Positions 50,676 through 59,998 of a stretch of DNA of 64,000 bases are shown piece after piece. The notes under the pieces are model-generated. The model did not search any database and was not told the origin of the DNA. It saw only the letters and a list, made by a program, of their open reading frames with translations. Position 1 is the first letter of the stretch. Each line of letters starts with the position of its first letter. Location: assembly GCA_963724215.1 (NCBI GenBank), contig CAVRTZ010000013.1, forward strand, positions 14,877-78,876, given 5' to 3'. The position numbers and the translations under genes were made by a program. The DNA comes from an uncultured Ignavibacteria bacterium (lineage in GTDB: Bacteria; Bacteroidota; Ignavibacteria; UBA10030; SZUA-254).

Positions 50676-52313
50676 ATGGATCCCCAGCAAGTCCTGGTGG
50701 GCCTGAATTTTGGCCGTGTCGACGGAGAATCGGACGACAGGTTCAATACCTGTTTCATCGGCACGGAAATGCTCCGGAGCATGCTCCAGGCCCAGCATAC
50801 GCTCCTGGTGGGGAACAAGGGCTCCGGGAAAAGCGCCATCTGCCGCCTCCTGATCGAAGACCTCGCGAAGGTGAAACCGCTCCTTCCGAAAAATTATCAT
50901 AACATTTACTGCATCCCGGCCTACGGGCTCCAGACCGAGGAGGACGTCCCCGTCGTCTCGCTGAAGGAACTCAGCCCGACCACGGTCGACGATTTCCGCG
51001 ACTTCTGGCTCCTGTACCTCGGGATGAAGGGCGCGCAAAGGCTGGTGAACGACGAAAAGGTCAGGAGCTTCGTCGCGAAGACGGAGAAGGCGAACCTGAA
51101 AAAATCGTTCGACACGCTCGAGCGGGTGCTGGTATCGCTCGGCCTGCGCGACGATCCGCGGCCCCTGGCGAAGCTGAAGGGCGTCCTCACCGGCGTGTTC
51201 GGACCGGGCAGGAACGGCCGTGACGTGACGGCGTCGGACGGCGCCGTCCGCTTCAAGGACCGCACCGGCGTCAGCATCGTCGGCCTCCTCGAACACGTCG
51301 ACATCGTCCTGCGGGAGACGAACGGCCTCGCCTGGATGATGCTCGACAAGCTCGACCTGCTGTTCGTGGACGATTTTCCGAAATTGAAGGCGTCGATCAC
51401 CGGCCTGGTTCAATTGCTGGTCCAGTACGGCAACCACTTCAGGCACATCCATCTGAAGATTTTCCTCCGGAACGACATCTTCCGGCAGCTGCACATCGTC
51501 AACAAGTCCCACCTCGTTTCCTACAGCAGCGAGATGAAATGGCGCGATTCGCTGCTGTTGAAACTCCTGGTGGCCCGCGCCGTGGACGATCCTCACGTGA
51601 AGGCGTACTGCCAGGACTTCCTCGGCGAGAAGGTCGACGTCACCGCCGTCATCCTCGGGACGGACGAATACGTCCTGAAGGTTTTTTACGCGATCTTCGA
51701 GCCCGGCATGGGGCAGGGGAAGAACGGACAGGCCACGCAGGCCAGGTCGGCGGCGACGCACGAGTGGATCCTCCGCAGGCTCAACGACGGCACGGGGAGC
51801 AGCTTCCCGCGCGAACTGATCCACCTCGGGAACAGGGCGGTGGAGAAACAGCGCGAGCTGAACCGGCTCGAGTCGAAACACCTTTCGACCCGGCTGATCG
51901 GCCCGAAAGCCATCCGCGAGGCGTTCGCGATGATTTCCTCGTACCGCTGCGATACGTACCTCTACTCCGAATTTCCGCACCTCTCGAAGCATTTCGACGT
52001 CTTCCGCGGCAGCGAATCGGCGACGTTCCACCGGGAGGAGCTGTACATGCTCTTCGCACCCCTCTCTCCGACGGGCGACGAGGCGATCCGGGCGCTCTAC
52101 GACACCGGCCTGCTCCTGCCTCTCGGGCAGACCGTGGACTCGAGCATGAAGTTCAAGGTGCCGCTCCTCTACCGGGCCGGGCTCGGTGTCCGGGACCGCC
52201 GTCCGAAGCCGATCCGGAAGGACCGGCCCCCGGTGAGGCACGCCTCGGCGCAGACGCACTCGTCCCCGGACGCTCTCGAACAGCTGCTCGACGGGGTCGA
52301 CGAGGAGCCGTGA
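50676..52313 (+). CDS. P-loop NTPase of unknown function, possibly Sll1717-like (conflict-system type); 545 aa
   Basis: Walker A LLVGNKGSGKSAI (aa 44-55) is preceded by LNFGRVDGESDDRFNTCFIG. Walker-B-like LAWMMLDKLDLLF lies about 175 aa later, then IHLKIFLRND. The long C-terminal region has no recognised motif. Confidence 0.6.
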   Translation: MDPQQVLVGLNFGRVDGESDDRFNTCFIGTEMLRSMLQAQHTLLVGNKGSGKSAICRLLIEDLAKVKPLLPKNYHNIYCIPAYGLQTEEDVPVVSLKELSPTTVDDFRDFWLLYLGMKGAQRLVNDEKVRSFVAKTEKANLKKSFDTLERVLVSLGLRDDPRPLAKLKGVLTGVFGPGRNGRDVTASDGAVRFKDRTGVSIVGLLEHVDIVLRETNGLAWMMLDKLDLLFVDDFPKLKASITGLVQLLVQYGNHFRHIHLKIFLRNDIFRQLHIVNKSHLVSYSSEMKWRDSLLLKLLVARAVDDPHVKAYCQDFLGEKVDVTAVILGTDEYVLKVFYAIFEPGMGQGKNGQATQARSAATHEWILRRLNDGTGSSFPRELIHLGNRAVEKQRELNRLESKHLSTRLIGPKAIREAFAMISSYRCDTYLYSEFPHLSKHFDVFRGSESATFHREELYMLFAPLSPTGDEAIRALYDTGLLLPLGQTVDSSMKFKVPLLYRAGLGVRDRRPKPIRKDRPPVRHASAQTHSSPDALEQLLDGVDEEP

Positions 52314-52385
52314 GTTTTCCCCGATTGACATTCACGGATCAATTCGGTACAATAAGCACGAATAGTTAAACTCCGCTGAATCGAC

Positions 52386-53479
52386 GTGCATTCAACTCCG
52401 AGCAGTCTGGAGATCGTTGCCACCCGGGAGGAACTCCGGGGACTCCAGCCCGGCTGGGACCGTCTTGCGTCGCGTTTCCCCACGCCGCTCCTCACATTCG
52501 AATGGTTCTCGTCCGCCGTCGACGCCCTCCATCCCCACGACCGGCTTTCCGTGCTCGTCCGGAGGTCCGGGACTGAAATCGTGGCGATCGCCCCGTTCGT
52601 ACAGCGCCGCAGGCTCGGCCTGAAATCCCTCGAGTTCATCGGGCACTCCGTCCTCCTCGAACCTTCCGGCATCCTCTATGATCACCCGGCGCACCTGCGG
52701 CAGATCCTGGAAGACGCGGTGGCCCTCGGCCTCCCCGTCAACTTCGACAGGGTGAACGATCCCCTGCTGATCGCCGAACTCTCCACCATCGCCGGGGGGA
52801 CGGTCGTCGCCATCCGGGATTCGCTGGCCACGATCCCCTGGATCAGGATCAAGGGCCCCTGGGCGGAATATTACGAGACCATCACTCCGAAATGGAGGTC
52901 GGCCCACCGTCGGGCGGCGAAGAAGGCGGCGTCGGCCGGTCCGGTCAGCGTTGAATTTTTCTCCCCGGGCCCGCGGAATTCGACGAGCTCATGGAACGTT
53001 TCATCGCCATCGAGGGTGAAAGCTGGAAGGCGAGACTCGGGACCGCGTTGAAGACGGATGGCCCCCTCCGCGCCTTCTTCCTGCTCTACGGCCGGGCGGC
53101 CGCCGAACGGGGAACGCTGCGCCTCGCGTTCATGCGCATCGGCGGGGTGCCGGTCGCCGGGCAGTTCGCCGTGGAATATGCGCACCGGTACTGGCTCCTG
53201 AAGATCGGGTACGACGAGCGGTTCGCCCATTGCTCCCCGGGGGTCCTCCTGATGTACGCCGCGCTCGAACGCGCCTTCGACGCGGGCCTGGAGGCCTTCG
53301 AATTCCTCGGGAGCAACGAATCGTGGATCCAGATCTGGAACCACGGCCTCCATAAATATTACGCGCGGTCGATCGACCGGGTCCCGGCGCGTCGCCTGCT
53401 CGGGCGCGCGCTGTCGCTCTCGGAGAGGGTGAACCGGAACGTCCGCACGCGGTTCGCCCGCGCCGTCGGAAGGGGCTGA
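52386..53479 (+). pseudogene. GNAT-family (CelD/BioF2-like) acetyltransferase, one frameshift near 52970
   Basis: ORF 52386..53051 carries ..LEIVATREELRGLQPGWDRLASRFPTPLLTFEWF.. The frame of ORF 52991..53479 carries ..AEFDELMERFIAIEGESWKARLGTAL..FMRIGGVPVAGQFAVEYAHRYWLLKIGYDERFAHCSPG.. Confidence 0.55.
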
Positions 53480-53545
53480 CCCATTTCCGCGATCCGCCGC
53501 ATCATCGGACGCCGGCTGGCCGCCAGCCACCTCGCCGGACCGGCG

Positions 53546-54319
53546 GTGGAGGACGCCATCCGGCTCGCGGACATCTTTTCCGGGCGCGGATGGTCGAGCG
53601 CCCTCGGCCCGTGGGTTTCCCCCGAAAGCGCCCCTCCTGAAAATTTTTCCCTTTACTGCGGCGCGATCGACGCGATCAACGCGCGCGGTCTCGACGCCTA
53701 CCTGTCGATCAAGCTTTCCACCATCGGGTACGACGAGGGGATGTTCCGGGAACTGCTGTCCCGGGCCCGGGGCAAACGCATCCACTGCGATTCGATCGGT
53801 CCCGAATCGGCCGATCGCACGATGTCGGTGGTCGGGCGCGCGGCGGCCGCGCATCCGAACGTCGGTTCGACGCTCCCCGCCGGCTGGAGGCGCAGCCCGT
53901 CGGACGCGGCGCGTCTGGCGGAATGGGGGGTGGCGGTCCGCATCGTGAAGGGCCAGTGGGGCGACCCCGGCGGACGGGTCGACGACATCAGGTCGGCCTT
54001 CGTCGGCGTCGCCCGCGCGCTCGCCGGACGCGGCGTGAGGGTCGGCGTCGCCACCCACGATGTCCGCGTCGCGCGCGAATCGATCTCCGCGCTCAGGGCG
54101 GCCGGCACGGCGTGCGACATGGAGCAGATCTCGGGCCTCCCGCAGAACTGCGCGCCGGTCGCGCGGTCCCTCGGCGTCCCGTTCCGCGTGTACATACCGT
54201 TCGGATATCCGTATCTTCCCTACAACATCTGGCAGGTCAGGACCCGGCCCGCGGTGGCGATGTGGGTGTTGAGGGACTTCATCGCCGGCACGACACCGGT
54301 CTGTCACCTGATCGACTGA
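53546..54319 (+). CDS. Proline dehydrogenase family protein (divergent); true start probably upstream of the GTG at 53546
   Basis: SIKLS, VRIVKGQW, GVATHD, MEQISGL and RVYIPFG are colinear with the ProDH motifs as I remember them (KLT/S, VRLVKGAY, ATHN, EFQxLxGM, VYxPxG). The frame is open from 53480 (..IIGRRLAASHLAGPAVEDA..) but has no ATG or GTG before 53546. Confidence 0.55.
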   Translation: MEDAIRLADIFSGRGWSSALGPWVSPESAPPENFSLYCGAIDAINARGLDAYLSIKLSTIGYDEGMFRELLSRARGKRIHCDSIGPESADRTMSVVGRAAAAHPNVGSTLPAGWRRSPSDAARLAEWGVAVRIVKGQWGDPGGRVDDIRSAFVGVARALAGRGVRVGVATHDVRVARESISALRAAGTACDMEQISGLPQNCAPVARSLGVPFRVYIPFGYPYLPYNIWQVRTRPAVAMWVLRDFIAGTTPVCHLID

Positions 54320-54341
54320 ACACACCGCCCGCACCGGACCC

Positions 54342-55063
54342 ATGAACAACGTCATCCTCGAAGTCTGCGTCGATTCACTCAGCTCCGCGCTCGCCGCGGA
54401 ACGGGGGAGGGGCGCACAGGGTGGAGCTCTGCGCCGCGATGCCGGTCGGCGGGATCACCCCGTCTCACGGCCTCATCCGCGAGGCCTGTTCCCGCCTGCG
54501 GATACCCGTCCACGTCCTCGTGAGGCCCCGCGCCGGGAGACTTCATCTACACCGCCGACGAGCTCCGCATCATGACGATGGACATCCTCGCGGCGAAGGA
54601 AGCCGGGGCGTCCGCGGTCGTCCTGGGGGTGCTCGCGACGGGCAGGTCGATCGATGCCCGGGTGATGGCGCGGCTCGTGCGCGCCGCGCGGCCGATGGGA
54701 GTGACGTTTCACCGCGCGTTCGACGAGGTCGCCGCTCCCCCGGCGGCCCTCGATACCCTGGTGCGGCTCGGCGTCGGGAGGGTGCTCACCGCCGGCGGCG
54801 CGCCGACGGCGTACGAAGGGAGGCGGGCCCTCGGCCGGCTGGTGTCGCGGGCGTCGGGCAGGATCGCGGTCATGGCCGGCGGCGGGATCGGGCGAGGGTC
54901 CGTCGCGGCGATCCTGGCTGACTCGGGGGTGAGGGAAGTGCACGTCGGGAGCGCGGTCGCGTCGACGCGTCTCCGCGGACGGGGGCCTTTCAGGGCGGAG
55001 GGGAGCGCGGTCACGGCCGCGAAAGTGGCATCGTTCCTGCGGCTGGCGGGTGTGCGCGGATGA
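54342..55063 (+). pseudogene. cutC: Copper homeostasis protein CutC, 2 frameshifts (about 54410 and 54540)
   Basis: The sequence reads MNNVILEVCVDSLSSALAAERGG | ..RVELCAAMPVGGITPSHGLI..VHVLVRPRAG | DFIYTADELRIMTMDILAAKEAGASAVVLGVL..VTFHRAFD.. across ORFs 54342..54575, 54421..54921 and 54572..55063. Confidence 0.8.
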
Positions 55064-56241
55064 AGATCGTCGCCGACATCGACCTCCCGTTTTTCGACAC
55101 GATGTTCGGCGATCGGGCCGACGTCGTCCGGCTCAGGGGAGATGCGATCACCCCCGATGCCGTCCGGGACGCGGACGGGCTCATCGTCCGGTCGGTGACC
55201 AGGGTCGGTGAACCGCTCCTCGCCGGCAGCAGGGTCGCGTTCGTCGGGACCGCCACGATCGGTTTTGACCACGTCGACACCGCCTGGCTCGCCTCCCGGG
55301 GGATCGGATTCGCCAGCGCCCCGGGCTGCAACGCCAACGCGGTTTCGGAGTACATTGCGGCCGCGCTGTTCGAGCTCTCCGCACGCTTCGCCATTGCGCT
55401 CAGGGGCGCCTCGATCGGGGTGGTGGGCGTGGGCAACGTCGGGAGCCGGGTCGCCTCGAAGGCCGCGGCGCTGGGGATGAAGGTCCTGCTCAACGACCCG
55501 CCCCTGGGCCGGTCGACCGGATCATCGCGTTATCTTCCCATCGACGACCTCATGGGCTGCGACATCGTCACGCTGCACGTGCCGCTGACGGCGTCCGGGC
55601 CCGACGCGACGCGCCACCTGTTCGACCGGCTCCGGATCGGCGCGATGAAGCAGGGCGCGATACTGATCAATTCCGCCCGCGGCGCGGTGGTCGACACACC
55701 TGCCGTGAGCGAGGCGCTCGCCGGCGGCCGGTTGCGCGGCGCCGTGCTGGACGTGTGGGAGGGTGAGCCCTCCGTCGACCCCGGACTCCTCTCCCGCGCG
55801 ACGATCGCGACGGCGCACATCGCCGGATATTCCGCCGACGCCAAGGCGACGGCATCACGCATGATGTACGACGCGTTCTGCGCCCATTTCGGGTGGAAAA
55901 AGGACCCTCTCGTGCGGGGGGGACTGCCGGAGCCCGAACATCCCCTCATCGGCCCGGACGTTGTCGCCCGGAAGGGCGAACGGACCGGTGAGGCCCGGTC
56001 GACCCGTGAAATCGAGGAGGCGCTCAGGCGGATCGTCCGGATTGCCTACCCGATCATGAGGGACGACGCCGCTCTGAGGGGTCTGGACGCGATCGCGCCC
56101 GCCGACCGGCCGGCGTACTTCATCCGCCTCCGCAACGAATACCCGCTGAGGCGGGAGTTTGCCGCGACGACCGTGACCGGGTCGGCGTCCCCGTCGTTTC
56201 CGGCGAAGGAGCTCGCGGGACTCGGCTTCCGGATTGCGTGA
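55060..56241 (+). CDS. pdxB: 4-phosphoerythronate dehydrogenase
   Basis: MKIVADIDLPFFDTMF.. N-terminus. ..FVGTATIGFDHVD..GCNANAVSEY.. NAD fold GVVGVGNVGSRV. ..LHVPLT.. The ATG overlaps the cutC stop (ATGA). Confidence 0.8.
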   Translation: MKIVADIDLPFFDTMFGDRADVVRLRGDAITPDAVRDADGLIVRSVTRVGEPLLAGSRVAFVGTATIGFDHVDTAWLASRGIGFASAPGCNANAVSEYIAAALFELSARFAIALRGASIGVVGVGNVGSRVASKAAALGMKVLLNDPPLGRSTGSSRYLPIDDLMGCDIVTLHVPLTASGPDATRHLFDRLRIGAMKQGAILINSARGAVVDTPAVSEALAGGRLRGAVLDVWEGEPSVDPGLLSRATIATAHIAGYSADAKATASRMMYDAFCAHFGWKKDPLVRGGLPEPEHPLIGPDVVARKGERTGEARSTREIEEALRRIVRIAYPIMRDDAALRGLDAIAPADRPAYFIRLRNEYPLRREFAATTVTGSASPSFPAKELAGLGFRIA

Positions 56242-56308
56242 TTCCCGTGAGAATTTTCCGTACAATGCAGCGACCCGCTCACTGACACCCTTATCCCAGG
56301 AGGAACCG

Positions 56309-57691
56309 ATGAAACCGGAATGGTCCAGAAGGAACTGGCTGCGAAGCGTCGGCACCGCCGTCACCGGCGGCATCGTCGCCGGGCCCGCGCTCGCCGACCT
56401 CGTCGCTCGGCCGATCATCATCACCCCCAACCCGGCTTTCCGGCCGCCCGACAGGCCGGTCACCGCGATCGTCTGCGGCGCCGGGAACAGGGGCAACACC
56501 TACTCGTCGTACGCGCTGAAATACCCGGATGAGCTGAAGATGGTCGGTGTCGCCGAGCCGATCCAGTTGCGGAACGACCGTTACGCCGCGAAATACTCGA
56601 TCGAGGACAAATACCGGTTCAAGACCTGGGAGGACATCTTCAAGGTCCCGAAATTCGCCGACGCAGTCCTCATCACGACCCCTGACCACCTCCACCACGG
56701 GCCGGCGATGGCGGCGCTCGCGATGGGCTACGACCTCATCCTTGAGAAGCCGATCGCCCAGACCTGGCAGGAATGCAAGGAGATCCTCGACCTCGCTGTG
56801 AAGAACGACCGGATCGTGGCGGTCTGTCACGTGCTCCGGTACGCGCCGTATTTCCGCAAGATGAAGGAGGTCGCGGACTCCGGGGCCATCGGCCGCATCA
56901 TCAGCGTCCAGCACATGGAGCCGGTGGAGCACATCCATATGTCGCACTCCTTCGTCCGCGGCAACTGGCGCCGCACCGACGAATCGAATTTCATGCTCCT
57001 GGCGAAATCGTGCCACGACATGGACTTCCTCCGCTGGGTGATCGGCAAGCCCTGCAGGAGGACGTCGTCGTTCGGGTCGCTGACCTGGTTCAAGGAGGCG
57101 AACGCGCCCGCCGGCAGCACGGCGCGGTGCACCGACGGGTGCGCCGTCGAGGCCGAATGCCCCTACAGCGCCCTGAAAATCTATTACCGTGAGAGGGGCT
57201 GGCTCTACCATATGGACCTGCCCGCCGAGGGGGACAAAGGTCCCGCGATCATGGAGAACCTTCAGAAGGGGCCGTACGGCCGGTGCGTCTACCGCTCGGA
57301 CAACGATGTGGTCGACCACCAGACCGTGATGATGGAGTTCGAGGACGACATCACGGTGACGTTCAACATGGAGGCCCACACGAGCTACGCCGGACGCCGC
57401 ACGAGGATCATGGGGTCGATGGGGGACATCGTCGGCGACGAGGACGACCTCTACATCGCGAATTTCAAAACGGGCGAGACCGCGCGCTGGAACACCGAGG
57501 AGAATTCGAAGGTCACCTCCGGGCACGGCGGCGGTGATTACGGACTGGTCCACGACTTCATCCAGGCGGCCTCACAGCACAAGCCGGAGCTGCTCACCTC
57601 GACCATCGGCGCCTCGATGGAGAGCCACCTGATGGCGTTCCGTTCCGAGGAGAGCCGGAAAAACGGAAAAATCATGGAGGTGAGTCTCTAG
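56309..57691 (+). CDS. Gfo/Idh/MocA-family oxidoreductase with Tat signal
   Basis: AGGAGG lies before ATG 56309 (ORF opens at 56234). The twin-arginine signal is SRRNWLRSVGTAV. The Rossmann N-terminus is AIVCGAGNRGN. ..DAVLITTPDHLHHGPAMAALAMGYDLILEKP.. Confidence 0.8.
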   Translation: MKPEWSRRNWLRSVGTAVTGGIVAGPALADLVARPIIITPNPAFRPPDRPVTAIVCGAGNRGNTYSSYALKYPDELKMVGVAEPIQLRNDRYAAKYSIEDKYRFKTWEDIFKVPKFADAVLITTPDHLHHGPAMAALAMGYDLILEKPIAQTWQECKEILDLAVKNDRIVAVCHVLRYAPYFRKMKEVADSGAIGRIISVQHMEPVEHIHMSHSFVRGNWRRTDESNFMLLAKSCHDMDFLRWVIGKPCRRTSSFGSLTWFKEANAPAGSTARCTDGCAVEAECPYSALKIYYRERGWLYHMDLPAEGDKGPAIMENLQKGPYGRCVYRSDNDVVDHQTVMMEFEDDITVTFNMEAHTSYAGRRTRIMGSMGDIVGDEDDLYIANFKTGETARWNTEENSKVTSGHGGGDYGLVHDFIQAASQHKPELLTSTIGASMESHLMAFRSEESRKNGKIMEVSL

Positions 57692-57711
57692 GTCCGGCGG
57701 CGGCGCCGCGG

Positions 57712-58311
57712 TCAGCGCGGCCGGATACTGGCGGCGGGAACGGGGTGTTCCAGGTCGAAGCCGAGCATCGCGTTCATCAGGACGGCCATCGAAAATCGTC
57801 CCAGGTCCGCGGCGTCGATCTCCGCGGGATGGATGACCCCCTCGTCGAGGAGCCGGGCGCGGGCCGTTCCGGGCAACAGGGGTGAGGCCGGCGTCAGCCA
57901 GTTCACCCCGTCGTAAAAAGCGACGTTCGCGTAGGACGCGTCGGTGACGAGGCCGTTCCGGACGATCAGGATGTCGTCGGCGCCGGCGCCGGCGAGGAGG
58001 CCGTCGAGGCCGGACCTGTCGACGAACTTGTGCGCGTACTCCAGTCCGCTCCCGTCGACGAGCGCGAGCGACCCGACCGGTTTCCTCGAGTATGGCGTGA
58101 AAGAAACTTCCCCGATCGTCTCGCCGTAGGTGACGCGGCACCGGAGGTCCCCCGCGTCCGAACCGGCGTGCACTTTGATCACCTTCCCCAGGTCGATGGC
58201 GTCAGCCGAACCGAAGAGCTCACGCCGGCTCCTGTTGAGCCTCGAGTTATGGTACGCGATGTGGCAGGGGTGTCCCCCGGCCACCCTGATCGTTTCAAAG
58301 AGCGGGAACAT
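57712..58311 (-). CDS. pabC: Class IV aminotransferase-fold protein, short aminodeoxychorismate lyase-like
   Basis: ..FETIRV..HI.YHN.RLN.S.. N-terminus and ..LIVRNGLVTDASYANVAF.. It overlaps pabB by 17 nt. Confidence 0.6.
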   Translation of the reverse strand: MFPLFETIRVAGGHPCHIAYHNSRLNRSRRELFGSADAIDLGKVIKVHAGSDAGDLRCRVTYGETIGEVSFTPYSRKPVGSLALVDGSGLEYAHKFVDRSGLDGLLAGAGADDILIVRNGLVTDASYANVAFYDGVNWLTPASPLLPGTARARLLDEGVIHPAEIDAADLGRFSMAVLMNAMLGFDLEHPVPAASIRPR

Positions 58312-59332
58312 AGACTTTCCCGATGAGCTCCCGGTACTCCGATTCCGCGTCGCTCTGCGCGGTGATCCCGCCTCCGCTCCTGTAGCACATCCCCTCCTCC
58401 GTCGTCTCGATGAACCTGATCATCACGCCGCTGTCCAGGTCTTTGCCGTCGAAATATCCGGCGATGCCGGTATAGAACCCCCTCGGACCCGACTCCACGC
58501 GCCGTATGATATCGACGGTTTTCTTCTTCGGAGCGCCGGTGACCGACCCTGCGGGCAGCATCGAAAACAGGATGGTCCCGAGGCGCCGGCGGTAGTCGCC
58601 GCCGAGGCGGCCGGTGATGAGCGAGCTCACCTGGAGGATGACCCCGCGGCTGGTCGACACCCGGTCGATGTACCGGAAGCGTTCCACCGCCACATCCGTC
58701 GCGACCGCGTTCAGGTCGTTCCTGATCAGGTCGACGATCGTGGTGTGCTCGGCGAGCTCCTTCGGGTCCGCGAGGATCGAGGACTCCGCCCCGGGCGACG
58801 AGGCGTCGATGGTCCCCTTCATCGGGCAGGACGAGATTGTCCCGCCGCTGATCCGGACGAAACGCTCGGGCGAAAAGCAGACAAAGCGCCCCGGGACCAG
58901 GACCCGGTATTTCGCCGGTCCGGAGTGGAAGATCTCCACCGGGTCCAGGTCCGTCTGTATCCTCGTCGGGAACGTGAGGTTGAGCAGGTAGGTGTTCCCC
59001 TCGGCGATTTCAGCCTGGACAGCGTCGAAAGCGCGGCGGTAGTCGGCGAAGGGGAGTGGAAATTTCCTGAACTCGAATTCCCGGAGGGCGCCCGCGCCGG
59101 TGGCGGCGTCGGAGCCGATGGTGGCATCGGTGCCGGCACCCTGGCCGGGCCGGGAAGATGCGTTGGTGTTTCCCGCGATATCGAACAGGATGCCCCGGCG
59201 TGTGGCTTCCCCCGGCGTGAGGATCAGCGACTCCTCCGTCGGGAAATCGACCAGGAAGAGAAACGGCTCCCCGCGCCCGCCGAGGCGGTCCATTTCCCTG
59301 ATCGCGTCGTCCCGTTTGCTCATGTCATTCAA
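58295..59332 (-). CDS. pabB: Aminodeoxychorismate synthase component I (short, chorismate-binding domain only)
   Basis: ..NTYLLNLTFPT.., ..SPERFVRI.., ..CPMKGT.., ..AEHTTIVDLIRNDL.., ..PAGSVTGAPKKKT..E..PRGFYTG.. Confidence 0.75.
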   Translation of the reverse strand: MNDMSKRDDAIREMDRLGGRGEPFLFLVDFPTEESLILTPGEATRRGILFDIAGNTNASSRPGQGAGTDATIGSDAATGAGALREFEFRKFPLPFADYRRAFDAVQAEIAEGNTYLLNLTFPTRIQTDLDPVEIFHSGPAKYRVLVPGRFVCFSPERFVRISGGTISSCPMKGTIDASSPGAESSILADPKELAEHTTIVDLIRNDLNAVATDVAVERFRYIDRVSTSRGVILQVSSLITGRLGGDYRRRLGTILFSMLPAGSVTGAPKKKTVDIIRRVESGPRGFYTGIAGYFDGKDLDSGVMIRFIETTEEGMCYRSGGGITAQSDAESEYRELIGKVYVPAL

Positions 59333-59381
59333 TTTTCAGTAGATTGAAAGTACGACAAAGATCATTCCGGTTCAATCGCGC

Positions 59382-59957
59382 ATGAGCGGCGACGTCCTCG
59401 TCGTTGACAACTACGACTCGTTCACGTTCAATCTGACCGCGCTCATCGCGGATTCGGGGCGGGGGTTCACGATCGTGCGGAACGACGCGATCGCTCAGGA
59501 GGACCTCGGCCGGTACCGAAAGGTGCTGATATCACCGGGACCCGGCACGCCGTCGGAAGCAGGAGGCATCTGCGGGCTCATCAGGGCGATCGCCCCGACG
59601 AAGAGCATCCTCGGCATCTGTCTCGGTCACCAGGCGATCGCGGAGGTCTTCGGGGCGCGCCTCGCCCGGCTCCCGCGGCCCGATCACGGGGTCGCGCGGA
59701 CGGTCAGCGTCAGGGACCGGGGCTGTTACCTGTTCGACGGCATTCCGCCGGAGTTCACCGCCGGTTTCTATCATTCATGGACCGTCGCTCCCGATCCCAT
59801 TCCTTCCTGCCTGAACGTCACGGCGGTCTCGGCCGGGGGCGCGGTGATGGCCCTCTCGCACCGCGAATACGACGTGCACGGTCTGCAGTTCCATCCCGAG
59901 TCGGTCATGACGCCCGTGGGAAGGGCCATCCTCGAAAACTGGCTCCGGGACCGCTGA
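59382..59957 (+). CDS. pabA: Glutamine amidotransferase, anthranilate/aminodeoxychorismate synthase component II
   Basis: VLVVDNYDSFTFNL.., ..ILGICLGHQAI.., ..GLQFHPES.. It is divergent from pabB-pabC. Confidence 0.85.
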   Translation: MSGDVLVVDNYDSFTFNLTALIADSGRGFTIVRNDAIAQEDLGRYRKVLISPGPGTPSEAGGICGLIRAIAPTKSILGICLGHQAIAEVFGARLARLPRPDHGVARTVSVRDRGCYLFDGIPPEFTAGFYHSWTVAPDPIPSCLNVTAVSAGGAVMALSHREYDVHGLQFHPESVMTPVGRAILENWLRDR

Positions 59958-59998
59958 CCGCCCGGTGCGCAGCCCGGCCGCCCGGCGTCCTGAGCGGA

